A stretch of DNA of 64,000 nucleotides. Origin: a virus. Its lineage: Duplodnaviria > Caudoviricetes. The stretch lies in IMG/VR virus record IMGVR_UViG_3300002835_000097, positions 1 to 64,000 of that record; one strand, written 5' to 3'. The translations under genes and the position numbers were made by a program. Below, in pieces: positions 1 to 6,438 of the stretch; position 1 is the first letter of the stretch; every line of letters begins with the position of its first letter. The notes under the pieces are model-generated. The model worked only from the letters and a program-made list of their open reading frames with translations. It did not search any database and was not told the origin of the DNA.

Positions 1-10
1 CCCGATTCGT

Positions 11-39
11 CGTAAAGTCTTATGCGACAAGTAGTTAGA
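11..39. repeat. 82-bp element copy E0 (right 29-bp unit only; truncated by window edge)
   Basis: cgtaaagtcttatgcgacaagtagttaga, preceded by tcgt like the right unit of E1 and E4. Confidence 0.8.
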
Positions 40-52
40 TTATTATGATATT

Positions 53-60
53 GGTGTATA
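53..60 (+). promoter_or_regulatory. candidate phage late promoter motif GGTGTATA
   Basis: Motif starts 45 bp before the ATG at 98; recurs before eight structural genes. Confidence 0.55.
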
Positions 61-97
61 AACCATAGTCTACATTTCCATACCGGAGACGAGTACT

Positions 98-496
98 ATG
101 GCAAAATATGATCCACAAGAATATCAGCGAAATAAAGAGTCTTACAAGATTAGAAACCAAAGATACAAGAGCAAACATAGGTCTATGGTGAACCAAAAAC
201 AATCGGAATATAGATCAAAAACAAAAGATAAAATCAATCAGTATTCTAAAAGTCGTAGAAATAAAATAAGGATTCTATATGATGAATACATGAAAGATAA
301 ATCTTGCTTACATTGTGGATATGATGATTCTCGCTCTCTCGTATGGCATCATACCGACCCATCACAAAAGAAAAATGGAGTTGTTCAGTTGGTTGGTAAA
401 AAACACGGGTGGGATACTATCATGACAGAAATAAACAAATGTATATGCTTATGCCATAATTGTCATAATATATTACATAATCACCAGTCACCATAG
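98..496 (+). CDS. HNH endonuclease (probable free-standing homing type)
   Basis: Basic N-terminus, CLHCG...WHH...KCICLCHNCHNILH zinc/HNH pattern. Confidence 0.85.
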   Translation: MAKYDPQEYQRNKESYKIRNQRYKSKHRSMVNQKQSEYRSKTKDKINQYSKSRRNKIRILYDEYMKDKSCLHCGYDDSRSLVWHHTDPSQKKNGVVQLVGKKHGWDTIMTEINKCICLCHNCHNILHNHQSP

Positions 497-780
497 TCAT
501 CCATTGAAGGATTATAGTATTCATCTTCGGCCCAGCCTACTGACCCCATAGCGCTGTCGTGATCTCCATCCATGCTGTCATCATAGTGATCATCGTAATC
601 ATCATCGTGGTCATCATCCAACTGGCTCTCAATCTCATGATCGGCATCGGCATGATAGGCTGAACTATCCTCGCCATAGAAAGCGTCATGGTAATCGTAG
701 TTATAATCGTCAAAGTGGCTGCTCATAGTATCTTCCTCATAAGAGTTTTCGGGATCGAACAAAGGATCAGGATGACTCAT
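481..780 (-). CDS. highly acidic Asp/His/Tyr-rich hypothetical protein (99 aa)
   Basis: ORF track 481..846; start moved to MSHPDP at 780 because an upstream peptide ORF ends at 785. Confidence 0.7.
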   Translation of the reverse strand: MSHPDPLFDPENSYEEDTMSSHFDDYNYDYHDAFYGEDSSAYHADADHEIESQLDDDHDDDYDDHYDDSMDGDHDSAMGSVGWAEDEYYNPSMDDYGDW

Positions 781-784
781 CTTT

Positions 785-853
785 TTACTCTTTTGCAATG
801 GTACAGAAACAAAGCCCAACATAGGCCACAACGAACAGCATAGCACTAAACAT
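785..853 (-). CDS. 22-aa hydrophobic peptide
   Basis: Translated by hand: MFSAMLFVVAYVGLCFCTIAKE; fills the gap between neighbouring genes. Confidence 0.4.
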   Translation of the reverse strand: MFSAMLFVVAYVGLCFCTIAKE

Positions 854-861
854 AGTTTTTG

Positions 862-1041
862 TCAAGCCTCCACGATTTCGGGATAAATATCTTCGACCAG
901 AATCTCAGCCAGACCCGTAACCTCTGCCCAATCCATCGGGTGGCAGTCGGGTTCGTCAATCGGCTCTACCATAGGCTCGATGATACCCTGCTCTGCAAGG
1001 TAACTCAGTTGGCTGTTTGCTTCGTCTAAGTCGTGAAACAT
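862..1041 (-). CDS. small acidic hypothetical protein (59 aa)
   Basis: ORF track 862..1218 trimmed to MFHDLDE; GAGGG RBS and a promoter lie upstream of 1041. Confidence 0.7.
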   Translation of the reverse strand: MFHDLDEANSQLSYLAEQGIIEPMVEPIDEPDCHPMDWAEVTGLAEILVEDIYPEIVEA

Positions 1042-1077
1042 TTTCGAGCCCTCGTTGGTTGTGATCATCATGCCACG

Positions 1078-1105
1078 ATTATACACATAATATCGGCCAA
1101 TGCAA
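1078..1105 (-). promoter_or_regulatory. sigma70-type promoter
   Basis: TTGCAT-N16-TATAAT on minus strand. Confidence 0.6.
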
Positions 1106-1145
1106 GTGGAGATATGAATCTTTTTCCTTACAATGCTGCAAGTTT

Positions 1146-1227
1146 CGCAACTCGTTGACGGATAAGAGTTTACGTCAAACGCGGGCGGCGGGCCTCGTCT
1201 CAAAGTCTTATGCGGCAAGGCTTTAGG
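1146..1227. repeat. 82-bp element copy E1 (29-24-29)
   Basis: cgcaactcgttgacggataagagtttacg + 24 bp GC-rich + ctcaaagtcttatgcggcaaggctttagg. Confidence 0.85.
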
Positions 1228-1560
1228 TCAACCCCTCCAACCGAAGGGTGAAACTTCCTCGCCCGATGCCATAATGGCAGCATACTGGTCGGCCAACGCT
1301 GCCTTACGCTCAGCCGAACCGGGCTTGCCAACGGGTACAATCATGGTATCCTCTCCCCCATTGTAGCGAGAGTCAACCTTTTCCGCCTTAGCCTTACTAC
1401 CCTTGCGGAGAGCCTTGCGATTGAACTTGTGAATCTTTTCACTGTGAATCGGGCCATACAATCCATCGGCAAGGGACGGCTGATGCCGAGTGGCCATACC
1501 AACAAAGCACATGCGAACCTGACGCTTGGCATCTTCGATAATCTTGAACTTGGTAGCCAT
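1228..1560 (-). CDS. hypothetical basic protein (110 aa)
   Basis: ORF with AGAGG RBS and own promoter; stop codon abuts E1. Confidence 0.75.
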   Translation of the reverse strand: MATKFKIIEDAKRQVRMCFVGMATRHQPSLADGLYGPIHSEKIHKFNRKALRKGSKAKAEKVDSRYNGGEDTMIVPVGKPGSAERKAALADQYAAIMASGEEVSPFGWRG

Positions 1561-1587
1561 TTTCTTTTTCCTCTTGGTGATGAACGT

Positions 1588-1616
1588 ATTTTACAGAAAC
1601 TTTTTTGTCTTGTCAA
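1588..1616 (-). promoter_or_regulatory. sigma70-type promoter
   Basis: TTGACA-N17-TAAAAT on minus strand. Confidence 0.75.
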
Positions 1617-1631
1617 CCCCTCTAGTGGGGG

Positions 1632-1847
1632 TCATGAGACGCCCATCCAAGAGGCTTTTTCCATACAGAAGTTATAGAACATATCGTTCAGCATTTCTTC
1701 GTAGTTGCTTTCCGTGAGTCTACGCCGATCATTCGTCGCCTCGCACTCAGCAAACAGTTTACCGTCTGCCGTATACAGTAGCACCACATTGTACGTTTCG
1801 CTACCCCAAATCTGACGCAAAGCATTTTTGATTTCGTTGGATATCAT
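1632..1847 (-). CDS. hypothetical protein (71 aa)
   Basis: ORF with AGAGG RBS and promoter. Confidence 0.7.
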   Translation of the reverse strand: MISNEIKNALRQIWGSETYNVVLLYTADGKLFAECEATNDRRRLTESNYEEMLNDMFYNFCMEKASWMGVS

Positions 1848-1874
1848 TTTGTTTCCTCTTTCTCTTATATCGTC

Positions 1875-1902
1875 ATTATACAGGGTATTTCTTAGAGATC
1901 AA
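1875..1902 (-). promoter_or_regulatory. sigma70-type promoter
   Basis: TTGATC-N16-TATAAT followed by shared leader GACGATATAAGAG. Confidence 0.65.
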
Positions 1903-1933
1903 GCAAAAAGTTTCCTTAAAAGATCGCAAGGTT

Positions 1934-2015
1934 CGTAAGTCGTTATGCGACAAGACTTTGCGAAAAACCGAGCCGCCACCGCTCGACGTAAAGTCTTGCG
2001 GCTATTGAGTTTACG
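1934..2015. repeat. 82-bp element copy E2 (29-24-29)
   Basis: cgtaagtcgttatgcgacaagactttgcg + 24 bp + cgtaaagtcttgcggctattgagtttacg. Confidence 0.85.
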
Positions 2016-2226
2016 TTGCGTGAATGAATACCTTTTCGCTCGTGGTCTTATTTGTGATCGTCACAATCCAGTTACGACCACTACCATCCTCACGCATGAT
2101 GCCATTCACAAGGCCAGCATAAACCCTACCCTTCGGATCGATCACACTAGTATACTTACCAGCGATCATGGACGAGAAGATAGTATTGAGGCTGTTCTGT
2201 CGATTGGCGTAGGCGGTTCCGAACAT
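2011..2226 (-). CDS. hypothetical protein (71 aa)
   Basis: ORF with AAGGA RBS; stop codon lies inside E2. Confidence 0.7.
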   Translation of the reverse strand: MFGTAYANRQNSLNTIFSSMIAGKYTSVIDPKGRVYAGLVNGIMREDGSGRNWIVTITNKTTSEKVFIHAT

Positions 2227-2256
2227 TTTCTTTTTCCTTGTGGTGATGATGAAGTT

Positions 2257-2284
2257 ATTTTACAGAAACTTTTTTGCTTGTCAA
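2257..2284 (-). promoter_or_regulatory. sigma70-type promoter
   Basis: TTGACA-N16-TAAAAT; spacer nearly identical to the 1588-1616 promoter. Confidence 0.7.
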
Positions 2285-2290
2285 TCCCCT

Positions 2291-2512
2291 CTATCGTAGG
2301 GTAATCAAGCCATTGAAGTGCGAGAAGGTAAGAGTAAGAGTCTTGCCAGGATACTTCTGGTCGATATACGCTTGAGCGGTACTCTTGCGATTATCGGTAG
2401 CGGCAACGTGTTGCACTACCATACCATTCTCATCCGTAACCTTCCAAACTTTCTTTTCCACAATCCTAGGAAGGGTGCCGATGAAGTCGTTGATATGAGT
2501 TGCTTGTTCCAT
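2291..2512 (-). CDS. hypothetical protein (73 aa)
   Basis: ORF in the minus-strand array with own promoter. Confidence 0.7.
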   Translation of the reverse strand: MEQATHINDFIGTLPRIVEKKVWKVTDENGMVVQHVAATDNRKSTAQAYIDQKYPGKTLTLTFSHFNGLITLR

Positions 2513-2538
2513 CTTCTTTCTCTCTTTCTTGTGATTCT

Positions 2539-2567
2539 ATTCTATCAAAACTTTTTCGTATCGTCAA
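2539..2567 (-). promoter_or_regulatory. sigma70-type promoter
   Basis: TTGACG-N17-TAGAAT on minus strand. Confidence 0.7.
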
Positions 2568-2572
2568 CCCCC

Positions 2573-2719
2573 TCAAATGGCGAAGGTGTTCATAAACCTT
2601 TCGGCCTCATATGAACTCTTGAACGTAGCAAGCAGTTGACGGTGATATCCATTCGGATACTTCTTTTCCCGATAAACCTTATACTTACCCTTCACAACGA
2701 TCAGAACCAGATTTTCCAT
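2573..2719 (-). CDS. hypothetical protein (48 aa, below ORF-track cutoff)
   Basis: Translated by hand: MENLVLIVVKGKYKVYREKKYPNGYHRQLLATFKSSYEAERFMNTFAI; purine-rich leader and promoter upstream. Confidence 0.65.
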   Translation of the reverse strand: MENLVLIVVKGKYKVYREKKYPNGYHRQLLATFKSSYEAERFMNTFAI

Positions 2720-2752
2720 TTCTTTCTCTCTTTCCTTTTCTCTTATATCGAC

Positions 2753-2780
2753 ATTATACCATCCATACTTTAGAAGTCAA
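2753..2780 (-). promoter_or_regulatory. sigma70-type promoter
   Basis: TTGACT-N16-TATAAT with extended TGn; leader GTCGATATAAGAG. Confidence 0.7.
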
Positions 2781-2817
2781 CAAAAATCTTTCCTTACAAT
2801 ATCGTAAGATTTCTTAC

Positions 2818-2834
2818 AGCAAATATCATGCCAA
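2818..2834 (-). promoter_or_regulatory. sigma54-like -24/-12 motif
   Basis: TTGGCATGATATTTGCT (GG-N10-GC) on minus strand. Confidence 0.4.
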
Positions 2835-2846
2835 AACTCTGCTTAT

Positions 2847-2928
2847 CTTAAGTTGTTATGCTGTAAGAGTTTGCGTCAAGCCCCTGCGCCCCGCCTCGCC
2901 GTAAAGTGTTATGTAGCAAGGATTTACG
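2847..2928. repeat. 82-bp element copy E3 (29-24-29)
   Basis: cttaagttgttatgctgtaagagtttgcg + 24 bp GC-rich + cgtaaagtgttatgtagcaaggatttacg. Confidence 0.85.
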
Positions 2929-2953
2929 TCGAGTGCATACCTCTAGTGGGGGG

Positions 2954-3274
2954 TTAGCCCACCTTGAACATGAAAACCCTAGAAATCCCACATGACGATA
3001 CCCCCCAACTGGGGCAATCATACAGCCAATCGGGCAACCCCTTACAATGGGGAGGATGATAGCCGTCAACGTGTAGCGTATTATTATCATCCGGCAACCG
3101 CTGTACGATCAGGCCATGAGATTCTAGTTTGCAAATCATTTCAGAAACAGACATTATTTTTTCCTTGGGTTGCATATCATATCCAAGATTATACTTTTTT
3201 CGCAAGTATCTTACCTTATCCTTAGTAGCATTTGCGTCCATTCCAATCCGATTCAATCTTGCAAAACTATTCAT
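2954..3274 (-). CDS. hypothetical protein (106 aa)
   Basis: ORF with AAGGA RBS in the minus-strand array. Confidence 0.65.
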   Translation of the reverse strand: MNSFARLNRIGMDANATKDKVRYLRKKYNLGYDMQPKEKIMSVSEMICKLESHGLIVQRLPDDNNTLHVDGYHPPHCKGLPDWLYDCPSWGVSSCGISRVFMFKVG

Positions 3275-3321
3275 TTTCTTTCCTTGTGAGAGTATTCTAT
3301 ATAATCTCCTTACTGGGGAGA

Positions 3322-3540
3322 TTAGATTCCCTCTCCATCGTCAAGACCGGGAATGTAATCGATATCAGCATGAGAAACATAGTCGGCGTTGAGCCGACCA
3401 ACGTTGCCTTCCTCGTCGCGTACAGTAAGGGTATTATCGTCGTTCACCGACTCGACTCGATAAACCGGATAGTTCTCACAATCAAGCCCATATTCTTCAT
3501 CACTCTCAACCCAATCGCCAACTGAAAAACTGCCGATCAT
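3322..3540 (-). CDS. small acidic protein, possible SH3/KOW-like beta fold
   Basis: FSVGDWV...VYRVESV...TLTVRD pattern; AAGGA RBS. Confidence 0.65.
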   Translation of the reverse strand: MIGSFSVGDWVESDEEYGLDCENYPVYRVESVNDDNTLTVRDEEGNVGRLNADYVSHADIDYIPGLDDGEGI

Positions 3541-3581
3541 TTTCTTTTCCTTTTCTCTTCTGTCTTACTTCTTATATCGAC

Positions 3582-3609
3582 ATTATACAGACATATCTTT
3601 AGGTTGCAA
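3582..3609 (-). promoter_or_regulatory. sigma70-type promoter
   Basis: TTGCAA-N16-TATAAT; leader GTCGATATAAG. Confidence 0.65.
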
Positions 3610-3663
3610 GCGAAATCTTTTATTTTTTTTATTTTTTTTAGAGAATATATTATTCTTTATTCT

Positions 3664-3680
3664 TTGGCATAGCATTTGCT
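3664..3680 (+). promoter_or_regulatory. sigma54-like -24/-12 motif
   Basis: TTGGCATAGCATTTGCT (GG-N10-GC). Confidence 0.4.
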
Positions 3681-3692
3681 AGGGTCATTTAA

Positions 3693-3774
3693 CGTAAGTC
3701 CTTATCCCATAAGAGTTTAGGGCAACTTTTGCGGCCATAACTCGTCGTAAAGTCTTACGCCACAACACTTTAGG
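3693..3774. repeat. 82-bp element copy E4 (29-24-29)
   Basis: cgtaagtccttatcccataagagtttagg + 24 bp + cgtaaagtcttacgccacaacactttagg. Confidence 0.85.
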
Positions 3775-4081
3775 GCAAGAGGGGGTTTTTTCGTTTTATA
3801 TCAAGGGGTTTAGAAAATCGCCATACCTTGCGGGTGGTCCAAAAACAATAAGGACCATCATAACAAATTGGCCAGTTTATTAGCCATTTTCCCCTATAAT
3901 AATCTTTTATAAATCATCTTTGTGCCGATACAAGTATCAATAATGAGCCCAGTAGCATCGATTCTAAAAAAAATGGCCGGGTCATCATATCAATTGGCCA
4001 GTTTCCACCAACTAACAATCAACCCTGCACCATATTTTATTCATCTACAGATTACTTACTATATATTAGCCGAATTCCCCC

Positions 4082-4393
4082 CTAGTATCTATAAACATTA
4101 TATCCATAGAAATTAGGAGCAGTCGGAACAGGACTATAAAGGAGATAAGCTGGATAAATTACTGTCTGAACAGGTACTACCTGAGTATTTACTACTGGCT
4201 GATAAACTATTGTTGGAACATAGGTAACAGTATTCTGTTGAACATAAGACCATGATACAACTGGTTGAAACTGCCGAACAGGAGCATAAACTGGCTGAGT
4301 ATGAATATTTCTTGCTCTTGTCCATTCACAAGCATTACTACTATTTCCAATACAACAATATAAACCACAAACTAATAGCATAAAAATTTTCAT
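4082..4393 (-). CDS. putative exported Pro/Val/Tyr-rich protein
   Basis: Signal-peptide-like N-terminus MKIFMLLVCGLYCCIGNSSNA then low-complexity PVY/QPVV tract; AGGAG RBS. Confidence 0.65.
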   Translation of the reverse strand: MKIFMLLVCGLYCCIGNSSNACEWTRARNIHTQPVYAPVRQFQPVVSWSYVQQNTVTYVPTIVYQPVVNTQVVPVQTVIYPAYLLYSPVPTAPNFYGYNVYRY

Positions 4394-4453
4394 TATTAAT
4401 CTCCTAAAGGTATTTTTGACTTCATGTCACCTTATTATAACGGCCAACCCCCA

Positions 4454-4500
4454 TAAAAACAACAACGGCCACAACTAATTTCTTAGCTATGGCCGCCGTT
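4454..4500 (-). terminator. intrinsic terminator
   Basis: On minus strand an 18-bp stem (4 G-U pairs) with GAAA loop, then GTTTTTA; downstream of gene 4527-4772. Confidence 0.75.
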
Positions 4501-4526
4501 ATAATCAATTTTTAATTAAAATAACT

Positions 4527-4772
4527 TTAAGAAAGCACACTCTGCTCAACCTGAATATTCGTTGATGCTGTAGTAGCAGGCTTTGTCTTTCGTGGACGTC
4601 CTCTGCTCTTCTTTAGTGATAACTTTCTTCGCTGTCTACGAACCATGGCAGTACTAATGTTTTGTCCAGTTATTTTGCTTAGTGATGCTGCTAAACTCTC
4701 ATCACATAATACATTATGATTATTTTGAATATAGTCCAATTCTGAGGGTGCCCACTTTTTATAATTAGCCAT
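4527..4772 (-). CDS. small DNA-binding protein (HTH/Myb-like plus AT-hook)
   Basis: KKW..SELDYI...LAASL...VRRQRRKL followed by RGRPRK. Confidence 0.65.
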   Translation of the reverse strand: MANYKKWAPSELDYIQNNHNVLCDESLAASLSKITGQNISTAMVRRQRRKLSLKKSRGRPRKTKPATTASTNIQVEQSVLS

Positions 4773-4861
4773 AAAATACTCCTATACTTATTAATTGTTG
4801 ACAATCATCCATCAAAACATATTATAATAACAGTTGACAAGTTTAGCGCAAGGATAAACAT

Positions 4862-5032
4862 ATGACATTTTCAAATTTAAATTCGCCCAATTTTCCAACC
4901 ATTACTGATAGCGTACTATCTATAAAAGCTTCTGGATCAGTAAATGATGAAGTTATTAATGATTTATTATTAGATAACGGAAAGAGCATAGCAGAATTAC
5001 TAAATGACCAAAAAACAACAGAACAAAGATAA
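4862..5032 (+). CDS. hypothetical protein (56 aa, below ORF-track cutoff)
   Basis: Translated by hand MTFSNLNSPNF...KTTEQR; AAGGA RBS; overlaps next gene start. Confidence 0.5.
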   Translation: MTFSNLNSPNFPTITDSVLSIKASGSVNDEVINDLLLDNGKSIAELLNDQKTTEQR

Positions 5033-5660
5033 ATTGCCCAATGGCGTAGAAACAGAAGAATTTTTATTAGTTTTGGATAATATTACTAAAAGATTAGCTA
5101 ATAAATTCAGATTCGCCTATCATAGCATAGAAGATATGAAGCAACAAGCTGCTATTTTTGCTTTGGAAGGATTAAAAAATTATGACAAGAAAAGGCCCCT
5201 GGAAAACTTTCTTTGGACCCATGTTCGTAATAGACTATTTAATTACAAACGTAATAACTATCAAAGGCCCGACAAACCTTGTTTAACTTGTCCATTTTTT
5301 GATAAAGGTTGTAAAGTGAGCATTAATCAGTGTGAACAATATAAAAATAAAAATGATTGTGAACTATATGCAGCATGGGCAAAAAGAAATGAGGCCAAAA
5401 AGAATATTATTCAACCAGGTTATATTGAGAATAACACCTCATTAGGCCCATCTCTTCCTGCACCACTATTAGAAAACCAAGAGTTAATTAAATTTTTAGA
5501 TTCTAACATACAAAGTGATTATAGAGAAAGTTATTTAAAACTAAAACATGGAACTAAAATTAATAAGACCGAGCTTAAAAAACTCAAAGCTCATATTCAA
5601 AAAATAATGGAGGAAAACAATTGGAAAATAGAAACATTCCAAGAAAACGAGGACAACTAA
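5004..5660 (+). CDS. phage RNA polymerase sigma-like factor
   Basis: Sigma70 region-2 pattern EDMKQQAAIFALEGLKNYD..RPLENFLWTHVRNRLFNYKR; Cys-rich insert follows. Confidence 0.7.
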   Translation: MTKKQQNKDKLPNGVETEEFLLVLDNITKRLANKFRFAYHSIEDMKQQAAIFALEGLKNYDKKRPLENFLWTHVRNRLFNYKRNNYQRPDKPCLTCPFFDKGCKVSINQCEQYKNKNDCELYAAWAKRNEAKKNIIQPGYIENNTSLGPSLPAPLLENQELIKFLDSNIQSDYRESYLKLKHGTKINKTELKKLKAHIQKIMEENNWKIETFQENEDN

Positions 5661-6436
5661 GTTTAGAAGAAGAAAAATACATTCGTGATAACTATAGTTC
5701 AATACCATTACAGCAAATTGCTGATGCTCTAAACAGAAACTTAGCTCCAGTAGAAAGATACGTTAATGAGAATCAATTATCTGTGGTTAATAATTCACAA
5801 GATGATCAGATACTAAAACAAAAATTACACAGTAAAACCTTTTGGTTAGAAATACTAAGACAATTTGATAAAGAGAGCGGTGAACTAGAATATTTTGAAA
5901 GTACCTGGGTTAATTTAGTCAAACAATTTCGTGAAGATGTTTTACCCGCCGAAGAACTTCAGATTAAACAATTTATAACTATTGATATTCTGATTAATCG
6001 AAGTATGAAAGAACGAAAGCGTCATATTGCTGAAACTGAAAAATTACAAAAGCAAGTTGACAAAGAATATGAAAAAAGTGAAGATCAAAGAGACATACCG
6101 AAATTGGCTAATTTAGAAACTCAATTAAGTTTTGCTCGTAACAGTATTGCAAACTATACTAACGAATATACTAAACTTTTAAATGAACAACAAAAGATTA
6201 GCAAAGACCTTAAAGCTACTCGTGAACAGCGTATCAAAAGAATAGAAGATGGTAAAAGCAGTTGGACAGGATTAATACGCATGTTGGAAGACGAAGAAAC
6301 ACGAGAAAAAGAAGGACGTCAAATGGAGATTATCAGTTTAGCTACCGAAAAATACAAACAGCAATTAGCTGGCTATCATTCTTTTCAGGATAATACTGTA
6401 GATAAACCTCTTTTAACACCAGATACTGTGGAGTAA
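5621..6436 (+). CDS. HTH plus coiled-coil protein, possible terminase small subunit
   Basis: N-terminal LQQIADALNRNLAPVERY HTH-like segment, long coiled coil, position upstream of TerL; function is inferred. Confidence 0.45.
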   Translation: MENRNIPRKRGQLSLEEEKYIRDNYSSIPLQQIADALNRNLAPVERYVNENQLSVVNNSQDDQILKQKLHSKTFWLEILRQFDKESGELEYFESTWVNLVKQFREDVLPAEELQIKQFITIDILINRSMKERKRHIAETEKLQKQVDKEYEKSEDQRDIPKLANLETQLSFARNSIANYTNEYTKLLNEQQKISKDLKATREQRIKRIEDGKSSWTGLIRMLEDEETREKEGRQMEIISLATEKYKQQLAGYHSFQDNTVDKPLLTPDTVE

Positions 6437-6438
6437 AT

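Noticed and set aside
1042-1218. N-terminal extension of ORF 862..1218
   Set aside because: It runs through a promoter and element E1; a better start with RBS exists at 1041.
1341-3525. Overlapping alternative ORFs (1341-1616, 1429-1677, 1945-2304, 2318-2614, 2848-3090, 2992-3525)
   Set aside because: They overlap minus-strand genes that have RBSs and promoters, and several cross promoters or repeats; shared text such as ILQKLFCL is just the translated promoter repeat.
11-3774. CRISPR array interpretation of the 29-bp repeats
   Set aside because: Units are degenerate, come in inverted pairs 24 bp apart and are separated by 0.7-1.1 kb of genes; no cas genes are visible.
1146-3774. Canonical integron attC sites
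   Set aside because: RYYYAAC/GTTRRRY cores are not conserved at the ends, cassettes have their own promoters, and no IntI is in the window; kept only as an analogy.
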